Shown here: positions 9,164 to 17,982 of the stretch, piece by piece
Numbering within the stretch: position 1 is the stretch's first letter
How the letters are laid out: each line of letters opens with the position of its first letter
Source of the DNA: an uncultured Atopobium sp.
GTDB taxonomy: Bacteria > Actinomycetota > Coriobacteriia > Coriobacteriales > Atopobiaceae
Length of the DNA stretch: 40,640 bases
Direction of reading: 5' to 3'
Assembly (NCBI GenBank): GCA_916720465.1
Contig: CAKARF010000001.1
Coordinates: 1 to 40,640 of the forward strand
The notes under the pieces: generated by a model
Told to the model about the DNA's origin: nothing
Databases searched by the model: none
Seen by the model: only the letters and a program-made list of their open reading frames with translations
Made by a program: the position numbers and the translations under genes

Positions 9164-9853
9164 CTACGCCTCCTGAACTGGTGTTGCCACACGTGCTCGG
9201 CGGCTACCTTTTTCAAAGATATTAAGAGCGAGAAGTACCACGGCAGAAATGGCAAGGTTAATGAGCACCCACTGCATGGCCGCTACATCGTCGCCAGTTC
9301 TCCACAGTTGATAGACTGTTGTTGATACAGTTGCTGTGGTGTTTGGAGTATATCCACATATCATTGAAGTTGCTCCGTACTCACCCAGCGCTCGAGCAAA
9401 CGCCAAAACAGTTCCTGCTACCACGCCCTTCATACAGCAAGGCATCTTAACATGCCAAAATACCCATGTATTTGATTTGCCTAGCGTGCGAGCTGCATCT
9501 GCAAGCGTTTCATCAAAGCTCTCAAATGCACCCCGGGCTGTGCGGTACATCAACGGCAAACTCACCACTGCCGTTGCAAAAATTGCCGCATACCATACCA
9601 TCGTAAGTTTTATACCAAACACATCCATGACCCAAAGGCCAATGGGACGACGTGGACCCAAAAGCAATAACAGCAGATAGCCCACGACCGTCGGTGGCAA
9701 CACCAATGGTAACGTCAGTATGACATCCAAAAGACCTTTAATAACTCGTGGAGTCTTGGCAACGAGGTTTGCTAAGGCAATACCCAATAAAAAAACAAGA
9801 GCAGTTGATGCCGCAGCAATCCTCAACGAGTTATACAGCGGATACCAGTCCAT
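9164..9853 (-). CDS. modB: Molybdate ABC transporter permease
   Basis: LPLVLPPTVVGYLLL, AFARALGEYGAT. Confidence 0.93.
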   Translation of the reverse strand: MDWYPLYNSLRIAAASTALVFLLGIALANLVAKTPRVIKGLLDVILTLPLVLPPTVVGYLLLLLLGPRRPIGLWVMDVFGIKLTMVWYAAIFATAVVSLPLMYRTARGAFESFDETLADAARTLGKSNTWVFWHVKMPCCMKGVVAGTVLAFARALGEYGATSMICGYTPNTTATVSTTVYQLWRTGDDVAAMQWVLINLAISAVVLLALNIFEKGSRRARVATPVQEA

Positions 9854-9885
9854 AGAAATACCAATCCAGATTTAGTAGCAAGAAA

Positions 9886-10761
9886 TTATGCCTTTGAAAG
9901 CGGCGTAAAGCCAACCTTTTCAAAGCAAGCGCTCGCATCGGAAGTTTTTAAGAACTCAAGGAATTTCTTTGCAAGGTCTGCCTGCTTTGCATTCTTTGTT
10001 GCAGCGGCAGGATATACTACACGACCACACATTTCCTCGGTTGCTTCATCAACCATCTGAAGTTTTGCAGAAGTAGCATCGGTCTTATAAATAACACCGC
10101 AATCAACGGAAGCCTCTTTAACCTGAGTTGTTACTTCTTTAACATTAGTTCCGTATGAGATATGACCTTCCTTAGCAAGCTTCTCTTCATCAAGCTTGTA
10201 GTATTTCAAAATCTTCTGTGTATACTGACCTACCGGAACATCTGAATTTCCCATACCAAGCAAAACTTCACCCGAAGTAAGTTTTGTTGCCATATCATCA
10301 AAGCTCTTAACAACCTTAGGATTATCCTGTGGAACACAAAGCGTTACCTTGTTCTCAAGGATGTCAAAACGCGTATCAGATGCAATAAAGTCAAGGTCCT
10401 TATCGTGATCTTTTTTAGCATTTGTATCAAGCTGATTCATCTGTTTCTGACCAGCAGAAATAAAAACGTCACAATCGGATCCTTCTTCAATCTGTGTCTT
10501 AAGCGTACCTGAAGAATCAAAATTAAAACTAATATCAACGCCCTGATTAGCGTTTTTGAAAAGCTCTCCTGCTTCAGTCAAACTCTCGGTCAAAGATGCT
10601 GCCGCAAACACAATAAGTTTTTGAGCATCAGCTTTTTTCTGGCTTCCAGACGTATCTTCCTTTTTTGTTTCATTACCATTGCAAGCAGAAAGGCCAAACA
10701 CGGCAGCCCCTGTTACACCTGCAACAAACGAACGACGAGTCACACTGCTTTCGGACTTCAT
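9886..10761 (-). CDS. modA: Molybdate-binding lipoprotein
   Basis: FAAASLTE, SSGTLKTQIEEG, DVFISA, VPVGQY; N-terminal TRRSF...LSAC lipobox; start set to ATG 10761. Confidence 0.93.
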   Translation of the reverse strand: MKSESSVTRRSFVAGVTGAAVFGLSACNGNETKKEDTSGSQKKADAQKLIVFAAASLTESLTEAGELFKNANQGVDISFNFDSSGTLKTQIEEGSDCDVFISAGQKQMNQLDTNAKKDHDKDLDFIASDTRFDILENKVTLCVPQDNPKVVKSFDDMATKLTSGEVLLGMGNSDVPVGQYTQKILKYYKLDEEKLAKEGHISYGTNVKEVTTQVKEASVDCGVIYKTDATSAKLQMVDEATEEMCGRVVYPAAATKNAKQADLAKKFLEFLKTSDASACFEKVGFTPLSKA

Positions 10762-10864
10762 AAACTTCCCTTTCAAACGAACCTAACCTTATACTGCAGC
10801 GCATATATACACGCTCAACTAACGGCATACGTATACGTGAGCAACAATGTATGCCGATATACCC

Positions 10865-11878
10865 CTAGTGAAGTTTTTCCGGACGGAAATTTGCACGGCA
10901 ACGGATTATCTCCGCCGCAATAGAAATAGCAATTTCAGACGGTGTAATTGCTTTAATGTCATCACCAATTGGCGAATGGATTGTTTGAGTCCACTCTTTA
11001 GAAATACCGCGTTCCACCAGCGTATGCTTGGCAAACGCCGCTTTTCTCTTGCTACCAATACAACCTACATACGCAGGTTTGTAGTTATACAGTTGTTGCA
11101 ACACCTTAATATCAAAGGCATGACCATGAGTAGTAACTATCGCATAATCACGACGCGTAACAGTGACATCTGTGGATATATCAGAAAAGTCATTATGATA
11201 AACCGCTTCTGCTGAAGGAAAATCTTTCTTCTGCGCAACTCCCTCGCGGTCATCAAGCACAATCACTCTAAAACCTACACTTGCGAGTACAGGAGTCAGA
11301 GCACGGCCTACATGGCCGCCGCCAAAGATGTAGGCAACGGGCTCAGGCCCTAAAGGTTCAGAATAGGTTGCCGCCTCTTCATCCCATATGGGAACATCGG
11401 AACAAACACGAACATCATCTTGAGGAAACATATCAACTGCTTTTGCTTCAACAAGAACATGACTAGGGTCTGACCAATTTTCTATAACCACAAAAGGCTT
11501 TTTTGCATCAATAAGATTCATTAAATCATTTGCAAAGAAATCCTTTTGGTCAGGAGTAACCTTACGAATACCAACAAGTGCGTCGCCGCCACAGGCCATA
11601 CCTGTTTTTTCTCGCGTCATCCACTCGATTTGATTGTTTTCTTCTCCTGTAAAGAATCTTTTTGAGCGTTCCTGTGCAATAAGTTCTACAGAACCGCCTC
11701 CGATTGTTCCTAAGAAACTGCCATCTTCAAAATGCACCATACGTGCCCCTGCATGACGCGGCATGGACCCCTTAGTAGCAAAAATTGTTGAAAGTACAAA
11801 GCTGCGACCGGCTTCAAGTTCACTTAGCAGGCGACGCACAAAATGCTCATCGCACAAGGTTCCTTGTAAATCTGCCAT
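10865..11878 (-). CDS. xdhC: XdhC/CoxI-family Mo-hydroxylase maturation protein
   Basis: GSMPRHAGARM, GTIGGG, GMACGG, IFGGGHVG, YVGCIGSKRK, PIG.DI.AITP.EIAISIAAE; ATG 11878 chosen (GTG 11887 possible). Confidence 0.88.
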   Translation of the reverse strand: MADLQGTLCDEHFVRRLLSELEAGRSFVLSTIFATKGSMPRHAGARMVHFEDGSFLGTIGGGSVELIAQERSKRFFTGEENNQIEWMTREKTGMACGGDALVGIRKVTPDQKDFFANDLMNLIDAKKPFVVIENWSDPSHVLVEAKAVDMFPQDDVRVCSDVPIWDEEAATYSEPLGPEPVAYIFGGGHVGRALTPVLASVGFRVIVLDDREGVAQKKDFPSAEAVYHNDFSDISTDVTVTRRDYAIVTTHGHAFDIKVLQQLYNYKPAYVGCIGSKRKAAFAKHTLVERGISKEWTQTIHSPIGDDIKAITPSEIAISIAAEIIRCRANFRPEKLH

Positions 11879-11930
11879 TAAAAACACCTATCCTTGTCTG
11901 CACATATACCAATACGCATGATATATATAC

Positions 11931-12989
11931 TTACTGAAGCACAATATAAGTTGCATCCTTATTATTTATATCTTTCTTTTCCATATATCCCACAACACAA
12001 GAATTAGCAGTATGTTCATTTGCTTGAAGAGCCGCAAGCAAATGTTGTGCATCATTACGGGCTACGCTTATCAATAATCCGCCAGAGGTTTCAGGACAGA
12101 AGAGTACGTCACTCATCTCACGAGAAACTCCATCTGCCTGCACGTACTTCTCTGCATAACGACGATTACGATACATACCAGCTGGTAAGATACCTAAACG
12201 TGCTAATTCAAATACTTTCGTAGATAAAATTTTTATATCATTTACGATAATCTTTGCCAAAAGCCCCGAACCTTGACACATTTCAAGCAAATGTCCCATA
12301 AGTGAAAAACCCGTTACATCCGTAACGGCATGCACGTCATAATTCACCATAATGTCTCGAGCGTACCGATTAAGAGTCATCATAGATGCCTCAGCAACGC
12401 TTATCTCTTCTATAGAGAGCATATCTGCTTTAGCAGCTGTTGTCAGAACACCTACACCAAGAGCCTTTGTAAGAATTAAAACATCATCTGCACGTGCACC
12501 AGAATTGGTATACATCTTTTTTGGATTAACAAACCCTGAAACAGCAAGACCATATTTTGGCTCATTGTCATAAATGCTATGACCACCAACAATATTGGTG
12601 CCAGCCTCATATACTTTATCGTAACCACCACGTAAAATCTCATGCACTACATGCGAGGGCATATCTTCAGGTACAGCCATAACATTGAGAGCAACCTTTG
12701 GCTCTCCACCCATAGCATATACATCCGATAAAGCATTGGTAGCCGCAATGGCGCCATACGTATACGGATCATCAGCAATTGGAGGAAAGAAATCGATTGT
12801 TTCGACAAGCGCTATTTCATCAGTCACTTTGTAAACAGCTGCATCATCCGCCTTATCAAAACCAACTAATAAATTAGGATCCTCATGAACTTTAATATCT
12901 GAAAGAAGCTTTGCCAACTCACCGGCACCAACCTTAGCACCACAACCAGCACAATCAGCAAGTTTTGTGAGTTTTACATCATTACTCAT
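11931..12989 (-). CDS. selD: Selenide, water dikinase (Cys-type)
   Basis: LTKL..CAGCGAK, DDAAVY, DFFPPIADDPY.YG.IAATNALSDVYAMGG, DVTGFSLMGH, PETSGGLL; no in-frame UGA. Confidence 0.96.
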   Translation of the reverse strand: MSNDVKLTKLADCAGCGAKVGAGELAKLLSDIKVHEDPNLLVGFDKADDAAVYKVTDEIALVETIDFFPPIADDPYTYGAIAATNALSDVYAMGGEPKVALNVMAVPEDMPSHVVHEILRGGYDKVYEAGTNIVGGHSIYDNEPKYGLAVSGFVNPKKMYTNSGARADDVLILTKALGVGVLTTAAKADMLSIEEISVAEASMMTLNRYARDIMVNYDVHAVTDVTGFSLMGHLLEMCQGSGLLAKIIVNDIKILSTKVFELARLGILPAGMYRNRRYAEKYVQADGVSREMSDVLFCPETSGGLLISVARNDAQHLLAALQANEHTANSCVVGYMEKKDINNKDATYIVLQ

Positions 12990-12991
12990 GT

Positions 12992-13798
12992 TTATCCAAC
13001 CAGTCTTTCAGTAAAGTGACAAAGCGCTTCAAGAACACCACCGCCAACAGCTCGAGCCTTATCAGATGCAGAAAAACAATGTCCCGGAGCACAACGAGGA
13101 TCAATATCCCCTGATTTCATACCTTTAAAAACAGGGATTCCCTCTTGCAAAAGACCACGAAGTACTCCATTAATAGTTGCTTTAACAGGTATTCCAGAAA
13201 CAGTAGCTACAATATCTCCTTTAGAAACCAAATCACCAATCTTAGCAACAGGCTCAAAAATTCCATCTTGAGGAGCTCTCAATACGCGCTCCTTTGTAAA
13301 GCCACCAATATTTCCTGGTACACCCGTATTTGGAATAGCCGATCCGTCGTAAATAACGCGACCTAAATAATGACCACGTTTTGTCTCTATGACCGCATGA
13401 CAATCTGCAGTGGAGGTTTTACCTGAAGTAAAGCCTGGTCCAACACCAATCACTAAGGGTGCCATATCTTTTGTGGTGCCTATATTTTTCTTAGCGAGAA
13501 TAGCGTCTACAAGTACCTCAGGATGCAAATTTGCAATATTTGTTCCTTGAGGATCAACGAGAACAGCGATGTTTTTCTCATTAACAATGCGCAATGCATC
13601 TTCTGCGTCTTTAGCTCGTACTGCCGTCACATTTTCCACTTTTTTCTTTCCAAGACGAATAGCTTCTGAAAATGCTACTGTGCGACGAACTGCTGTAGGG
13701 ACCTCTACATCCAGCATCACAATACTCAAGCCAGCTCGATATAATCTCAAAGCAATGCCTGAGGCAAGATCGCCTGCTCCTCGTATAACTACCAGCAT
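12992..13798 (-). CDS. yqeB: Selenium-dependent molybdenum cofactor protein YqeB (EF2563-like)
   Basis: MLVVIRGAGDLASG, VRRTVAFSEA, VDAILAKKN.GT, IETKRGHYLGR, GDIDPR, SDKARAVGGGVLEA; RBS GGGGAG before ATG 13798. Confidence 0.93.
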   Translation of the reverse strand: MLVVIRGAGDLASGIALRLYRAGLSIVMLDVEVPTAVRRTVAFSEAIRLGKKKVENVTAVRAKDAEDALRIVNEKNIAVLVDPQGTNIANLHPEVLVDAILAKKNIGTTKDMAPLVIGVGPGFTSGKTSTADCHAVIETKRGHYLGRVIYDGSAIPNTGVPGNIGGFTKERVLRAPQDGIFEPVAKIGDLVSKGDIVATVSGIPVKATINGVLRGLLQEGIPVFKGMKSGDIDPRCAPGHCFSASDKARAVGGGVLEALCHFTERLVG

Positions 13799-13837
13799 TT
13801 TTTCTCCCCACTCAACATACGCTGCCATATTTTTGTA

Positions 13838-14092
13838 TTACAAATCAAGCTCATATATTCCCGCTACCTTAAGACTTCCTACAATTTTTATTTCAAACGC
13901 TTCTTTTTCTGCTGGTAGCATTGCCCACGCAAGGCCACAGTCTGCTTTAATTTCTACCGGAGTCGGAATAAGCCGCCCAGGAATATCTTGCTCTTTGCAC
14001 ATTTGCTCACAGGTAAGCGCCTCATGCGTTGAATCAAACGCAACAACTATCTGAGAGGAACGTTTATGGAAAGAGTGACTTTGTTCTACCAC
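13838..14092 (-). CDS. DUF3343-like putative Se/S carrier
   Basis: F.STHEAL..E, GRLIPTPVEIKADCGLAW; lies between the desulfurase and yqeB. Confidence 0.8.
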   Translation of the reverse strand: MVEQSHSFHKRSSQIVVAFDSTHEALTCEQMCKEQDIPGRLIPTPVEIKADCGLAWAMLPAEKEAFEIKIVGSLKVAGIYELDL

Positions 14093-14093
14093 A

Positions 14094-15272
14094 CTACATC
14101 ACCGATTTTGCCAGCTCATTAAGGGCCGTGGTTGCCTTATGTATCTCATCCTCTGTCGTATAAAATCCAAATGAGAAACGAACCGACCCCGTATCTTGCG
14201 TTCCCAATGCTCTGTGCATACGAGGAGCACAATGAGCTCCTGCACGAACTGAAATGTCATACTCAACACTTAAAACTCTTGCAAGTTCAGAAGAAGTCCA
14301 CCCATCTAAATTAAGTGTCACAATGGGTGCGTGATCTTTTTGCGAACTCTCCCCATTCAGTTCAGAAATGTTATCAGGAAAACTTCCATATAACTCTATC
14401 CCAGGCACCTGACGAGCCTCAGCTACAAACTGTCTAACCAATGCTAAATCATGACGGTGAACAGCACATACTCCTTGTTCTGATACAAAATCTACTGCAG
14501 CAGAAAGACCGGCAATACCGTGACTATTAAGCGTTCCCGCCTCAAGATGTTCTGGATATACTTGAGGCATTTCCTCCTCAAAAGAAAGTACGCCCGTTCC
14601 TCCTTGAATAACTGCTTCTATCGCAACATGTGGAGCAACCAAAAGGCCACCTGTCCCCTGAGGACCCATAAGTGCCTTATGGCCAGTAAACGCAAGTACA
14701 TCAACACCTAAATCATCAAAATTAATGGGTACTGACCCTGCGGTTTGTGAAGCATCAACAAGCACAAGTGCACCTACAGCGTGAGCAACAGTAACCACAC
14801 GTTCAAGATCGCATATATTACCTGTAAGATTAGATGCATGTGTTACTACCACTAACCTTGTACCAGGAGAAACTAATCGTTCAAGAACATCCCAATCAAG
14901 GCAACCCTGCAAATTAGCAGGAACATAATCAACCTTTACATTGCGTTTCTTTTGAAGACGATTCAGAGGGCGCAAAACAGAATTGTGATCCCAATCTGTT
15001 GCAACTACATGATCTCCGGGCTTAACAATGCCGAGAATTGCCTTGTTTAGGGCATCTGTTGCGTTTGCAGCAAACACCACACGTTCTGGATGTGAAAAAC
15101 CTAATAACAAGGCGATACGTTCTCGTGCAACCATAACAGCTCGAGCAGCATCAAGCTCGGCAGACGCTGCACCCCTTCCCGTACTTCCAAATGAGCAAAG
15201 GGCGCGTGAAACAGCATCCACAACACATTGAGGACGCTTATATGACGTTGCAGCACAGTTGAGATATATCAT
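14094..15272 (-). CDS. Class-V PLP cysteine desulfurase/selenocysteine lyase-like enzyme (EF2568-like)
   Basis: IYLNCAATS, HNSVLRP, THASNLTG, DASQTAG, FTGHKALMGPQGTGG, RAGAHCAP. Confidence 0.9.
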   Translation of the reverse strand: MIYLNCAATSYKRPQCVVDAVSRALCSFGSTGRGAASAELDAARAVMVARERIALLLGFSHPERVVFAANATDALNKAILGIVKPGDHVVATDWDHNSVLRPLNRLQKKRNVKVDYVPANLQGCLDWDVLERLVSPGTRLVVVTHASNLTGNICDLERVVTVAHAVGALVLVDASQTAGSVPINFDDLGVDVLAFTGHKALMGPQGTGGLLVAPHVAIEAVIQGGTGVLSFEEEMPQVYPEHLEAGTLNSHGIAGLSAAVDFVSEQGVCAVHRHDLALVRQFVAEARQVPGIELYGSFPDNISELNGESSQKDHAPIVTLNLDGWTSSELARVLSVEYDISVRAGAHCAPRMHRALGTQDTGSVRFSFGFYTTEDEIHKATTALNELAKSVM

Positions 15273-15282
15273 GCAAGACGCC

Positions 15283-15894
15283 TTAGAGCACCATCACGCC
15301 CGGCTGTTGTGAAATAATCTCTGCAATTGCATATAGATTGGTAACATCACCTACTGCAAGTTTGTCTTTAATGCCATAAAAATCAAGGCAGGTACCACAT
15401 GTTAAAATCTTGGTACCACGAGACTCAAGCTCCTTTATATCTTCAAGTGACTCTGAACCTTCACAAGTCAAGTGAGCGCCACCGTTGTAAAACAACATAG
15501 TTTCAGGAACCGTATCCTGATGTGCAAGAGCGTAGATAAGACCTTTCATTAAAATATGACCGAGCTCATCATTACCGCGACCCATATACTCAGCATCAAC
15601 CGCAACAACGGTTGCAGAATGATCTGGGATATCACAAAACTGAGAAGCCTCAACAACTGCTGAATCACTAGCTTCAACTTTATTACGAGGGCTAAAAGTC
15701 ATTGTTGTATCTGAGCCATTCTTTACAGAAGTCAAATCACAGTTCTTCTCGTCAGCAAGGCGGGTAAGATTTCCAAAGGCAACGTTATCGTTAATAACGA
15801 CATCAAGTTTTTCTCCAGAAGAAAGCTTAGGGAGAGCCTCAAGCGTTAAAATAACTGGCTTTGGACACGTTAAATTTCGAGCATCAATCTTCAT
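15283..15894 (-). CDS. yedF: Selenium metabolism protein YedF (TusA/SirA-like + DsrE-like)
   Basis: IDARNLTCPKPVI; MGRGNDELG.ILMK; FYNGG; CGTCLDFYG. Confidence 0.92.
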   Translation of the reverse strand: MKIDARNLTCPKPVILTLEALPKLSSGEKLDVVINDNVAFGNLTRLADEKNCDLTSVKNGSDTTMTFSPRNKVEASDSAVVEASQFCDIPDHSATVVAVDAEYMGRGNDELGHILMKGLIYALAHQDTVPETMLFYNGGAHLTCEGSESLEDIKELESRGTKILTCGTCLDFYGIKDKLAVGDVTNLYAIAEIISQQPGVMVL

Positions 15895-15993
15895 TTATCC
15901 CCCTCTTAACTTCACACTATCTAGGTGTAAAGCAAATATCTTTACACTAAAATAAGTATATCGCTTAAAAAAATAATTTAGTTAGGCAAACAA

Positions 15994-16698
15994 ATGAATT
16001 GTTATGAGTTGCTTGGAATATTACCTGGTATTACTTCAGTAATTGGAAGCGGTGGCAAGACTTCCCTGCTCACAAAACTTTCTCAGGAAGTTCGGGGAAC
16101 GGTTATTTTAACTACGTCAACGCATATTCTGCCTTTTCCAAACATACCTCTTTTAGAGAATCCCACGCTTACTGAGGTGTCAGATGCTCTAATAACACAT
16201 CGTATCATCTGCGTTGGTGCCTTTTCTAGCGAGAAACACAAATTAGGTTCCTCTGCACTTTCTGCTCAAGAACTGGCATCCGTTGCTGACTACGTATTTG
16301 TGGAAGCTGACGGATCTAAACGGTTACCCCTAAAAGCTCACGCATCACATGAGCCAGTCATTCTGGAAGGTACCCAGCGCACTGTCCAAATTATAGGGCT
16401 TTCTGGCTTTGGACTACCTATCCATCAAGCTGTACATCGCAGTGAAATTTTCTGCAACCGGGCAAATTGTTTGCCCGACGATTTTGCCACGCCAACTCGT
16501 ATTGCCACTGTTATTGCAGCAGAACACGCTTCAGGGGCTGTAAAGGCAAACGTTATTCTTGTCAATCAAACTGACAACGAGAAAGACCTTGCTCTGGCAA
16601 GAGACTTTACACAGGAGCTTCGTTTGCAGGGTGACAACACACCTGTTATCGCAGGTTCACTTTTTAATTCGACTTTTGTGGAAATGCGTGATAAGTGA
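15994..16698 (+). CDS. yqeC: Selenium cofactor biosynthesis protein YqeC
   Basis: SVIGSGGKTSL, LTTSTHI, VEADGSKRLPLKAHASHEPVI, VHR.E.F. Confidence 0.9.
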   Translation: MNCYELLGILPGITSVIGSGGKTSLLTKLSQEVRGTVILTTSTHILPFPNIPLLENPTLTEVSDALITHRIICVGAFSSEKHKLGSSALSAQELASVADYVFVEADGSKRLPLKAHASHEPVILEGTQRTVQIIGLSGFGLPIHQAVHRSEIFCNRANCLPDDFATPTRIATVIAAEHASGAVKANVILVNQTDNEKDLALARDFTQELRLQGDNTPVIAGSLFNSTFVEMRDK

Positions 16699-17296
16699 TA
16701 ACTACCGGAACGTTTTCATCGTACTTCTCGCCCACTGAAAACTTTTTATCACCGTCGATAGTAATTTCTTTAACCTGGTTTTCATGATTAATGAGGCCAA
16801 TTTTAAGGTCTTCATCTTTTTGAACCGTAACGTTCTTGAAGCCGGCATGCTCAAACTTCTTTTGAGCTTCCTCATAGTCATACTCGGAGACATCTTTACT
16901 GGCGAGAGGAACTTCTACTTTCACAGGCTCTTTTTTGACTGTCTCGGTCTGAGAAGGTTGCACAGATTGTGCTGGTTGGTTTGATGTCCATGGATGAAAG
17001 ACTAAAAGTGCTACGCATACCACAAGAGAAAAAATTGCTACTATCGCGACAATAAACAGCTGATTATTGGCAGTCTTTTTAGATACGTCTGTTGTAACCC
17101 CTTTGCTATCTTGTACAGGATCTGCTGACTTTACAGCAGGACGCAGTAGAGTAGCTTGCTCTTGTTGAAGTCGATGCGTAACGTTATCTCCAATGTCTAA
17201 CGTCTCACCTGTCAGGAAATCATGGTCAAGCGAGTCCATCGCTTTTTGTACGTCAGTATTTTCTGGTACTTCAACGTCATTTTCGCGGGCACTCAA
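16664..17296 (-). CDS. Hypothetical single-pass membrane protein with PASTA-like C-terminal domain
   Basis: TTG start after AAAGGAG; one TM helix (LFIVAIVAIFSLVVCVALLVF); C-terminal Y.EA...F..AGFKNV...ITIDG...VVITYH; overlaps the yqeC 3' end by 35 bp. Confidence 0.7.
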   Translation of the reverse strand: MSARENDVEVPENTDVQKAMDSLDHDFLTGETLDIGDNVTHRLQQEQATLLRPAVKSADPVQDSKGVTTDVSKKTANNQLFIVAIVAIFSLVVCVALLVFHPWTSNQPAQSVQPSQTETVKKEPVKVEVPLASKDVSEYDYEEAQKKFEHAGFKNVTVQKDEDLKIGLINHENQVKEITIDGDKKFSVGEKYDENVPVVITYHAFPQKSN

Positions 17297-17444
17297 CGTC
17301 TGTCTCCTTTATTCCCATCAGTCAAACTTCATAGATACTATTTTCACACACATAGGTTTTATCTATCAACACACAGCAAATAACGTTTTCTATGTAATCG
17401 AAAGACTTCTAAGAACAGAGCGCATTACCTGAATAAAAAGTAAA

Positions 17445-17480
17445 TTTAGGGCGGATTTTCTCGTTTGAATCCGCCCTAAA
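17445..17480 (-). terminator. Terminator after ridA
   Basis: TTTAGGGCGGATT-N10-AATCCGCCCTAAA; T-rich tail on the minus strand. Confidence 0.75.
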
Positions 17481-17509
17481 AATCTTAACCTACTAAATTT
17501 TAATAAACA

Positions 17510-17890
17510 CTAAATACGAGCAACAGCCTTAATCTCAACCTTTGCACCCTTTGGAAGTGCGACCACCTGGAATGCTGCGCGTGCAGGATAAGGATCTGCA
17601 AAGAACTCAGCATAAACCTCGTTCATTGCACCAAACTCATTGATATCGGAAAGTAAAACCGTAGTCTCAACAACATCATCCATGGAAGCACCAGCTGCCT
17701 CGAGGATATTTTTAATGTTAGTTAGACTCTGACGGGTCTGAGACTTAATATCCTCACCTGCAAATTCACCAGTTGCAGGATCAACAGGAAGCTGACCAGA
17801 CACGTTAATGGAACCGTTTGCAGAAACAGCAGCAGAGTAAGGACCTACTGCAGCTGGAGCCTTATCAGTAACGATAGCTTTCTTTGACAT
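17510..17890 (-). CDS. ridA: RidA/YjgF enamine deaminase
   Basis: APAAVGPYS, VSGQLP, F.AMNEVY, PARAAFQV..LPKGAKVEI. Confidence 0.93.
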   Translation of the reverse strand: MSKKAIVTDKAPAAVGPYSAAVSANGSINVSGQLPVDPATGEFAGEDIKSQTRQSLTNIKNILEAAGASMDDVVETTVLLSDINEFGAMNEVYAEFFADPYPARAAFQVVALPKGAKVEIKAVARI

Positions 17891-17911
17891 ATTATTCTCC
17901 TTCTTTCCTAT

Positions 17912-17929
17912 TTGTGTTTGTTTTCACAA
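17912..17929. promoter_or_regulatory. Rex-like operator upstream of ridA
   Basis: TTGTGtttgttTTCACAA, 12 of 14 defined positions of TTGTGAA-N4-TTCACAA. Confidence 0.35.
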
Positions 17930-17982
17930 ACAGCAAAACCAATCAAAGACTATTTAAAGAGCCTTTGAATATTACCCTTACT

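Noticed and set aside
10762..10864. Moco riboswitch upstream of modA
   Set aside because: Lacks the conserved Moco-motif elements I can recognise; only two simple hairpins. An Rfam scan would be decisive.
11931..12989. Selenocysteine recoding in SelD or other cluster genes
   Set aside because: The SelD active-site residue is Cys, the ORFs look full length without in-frame UGA, and no tRNA-Sec, selA or selB was seen.
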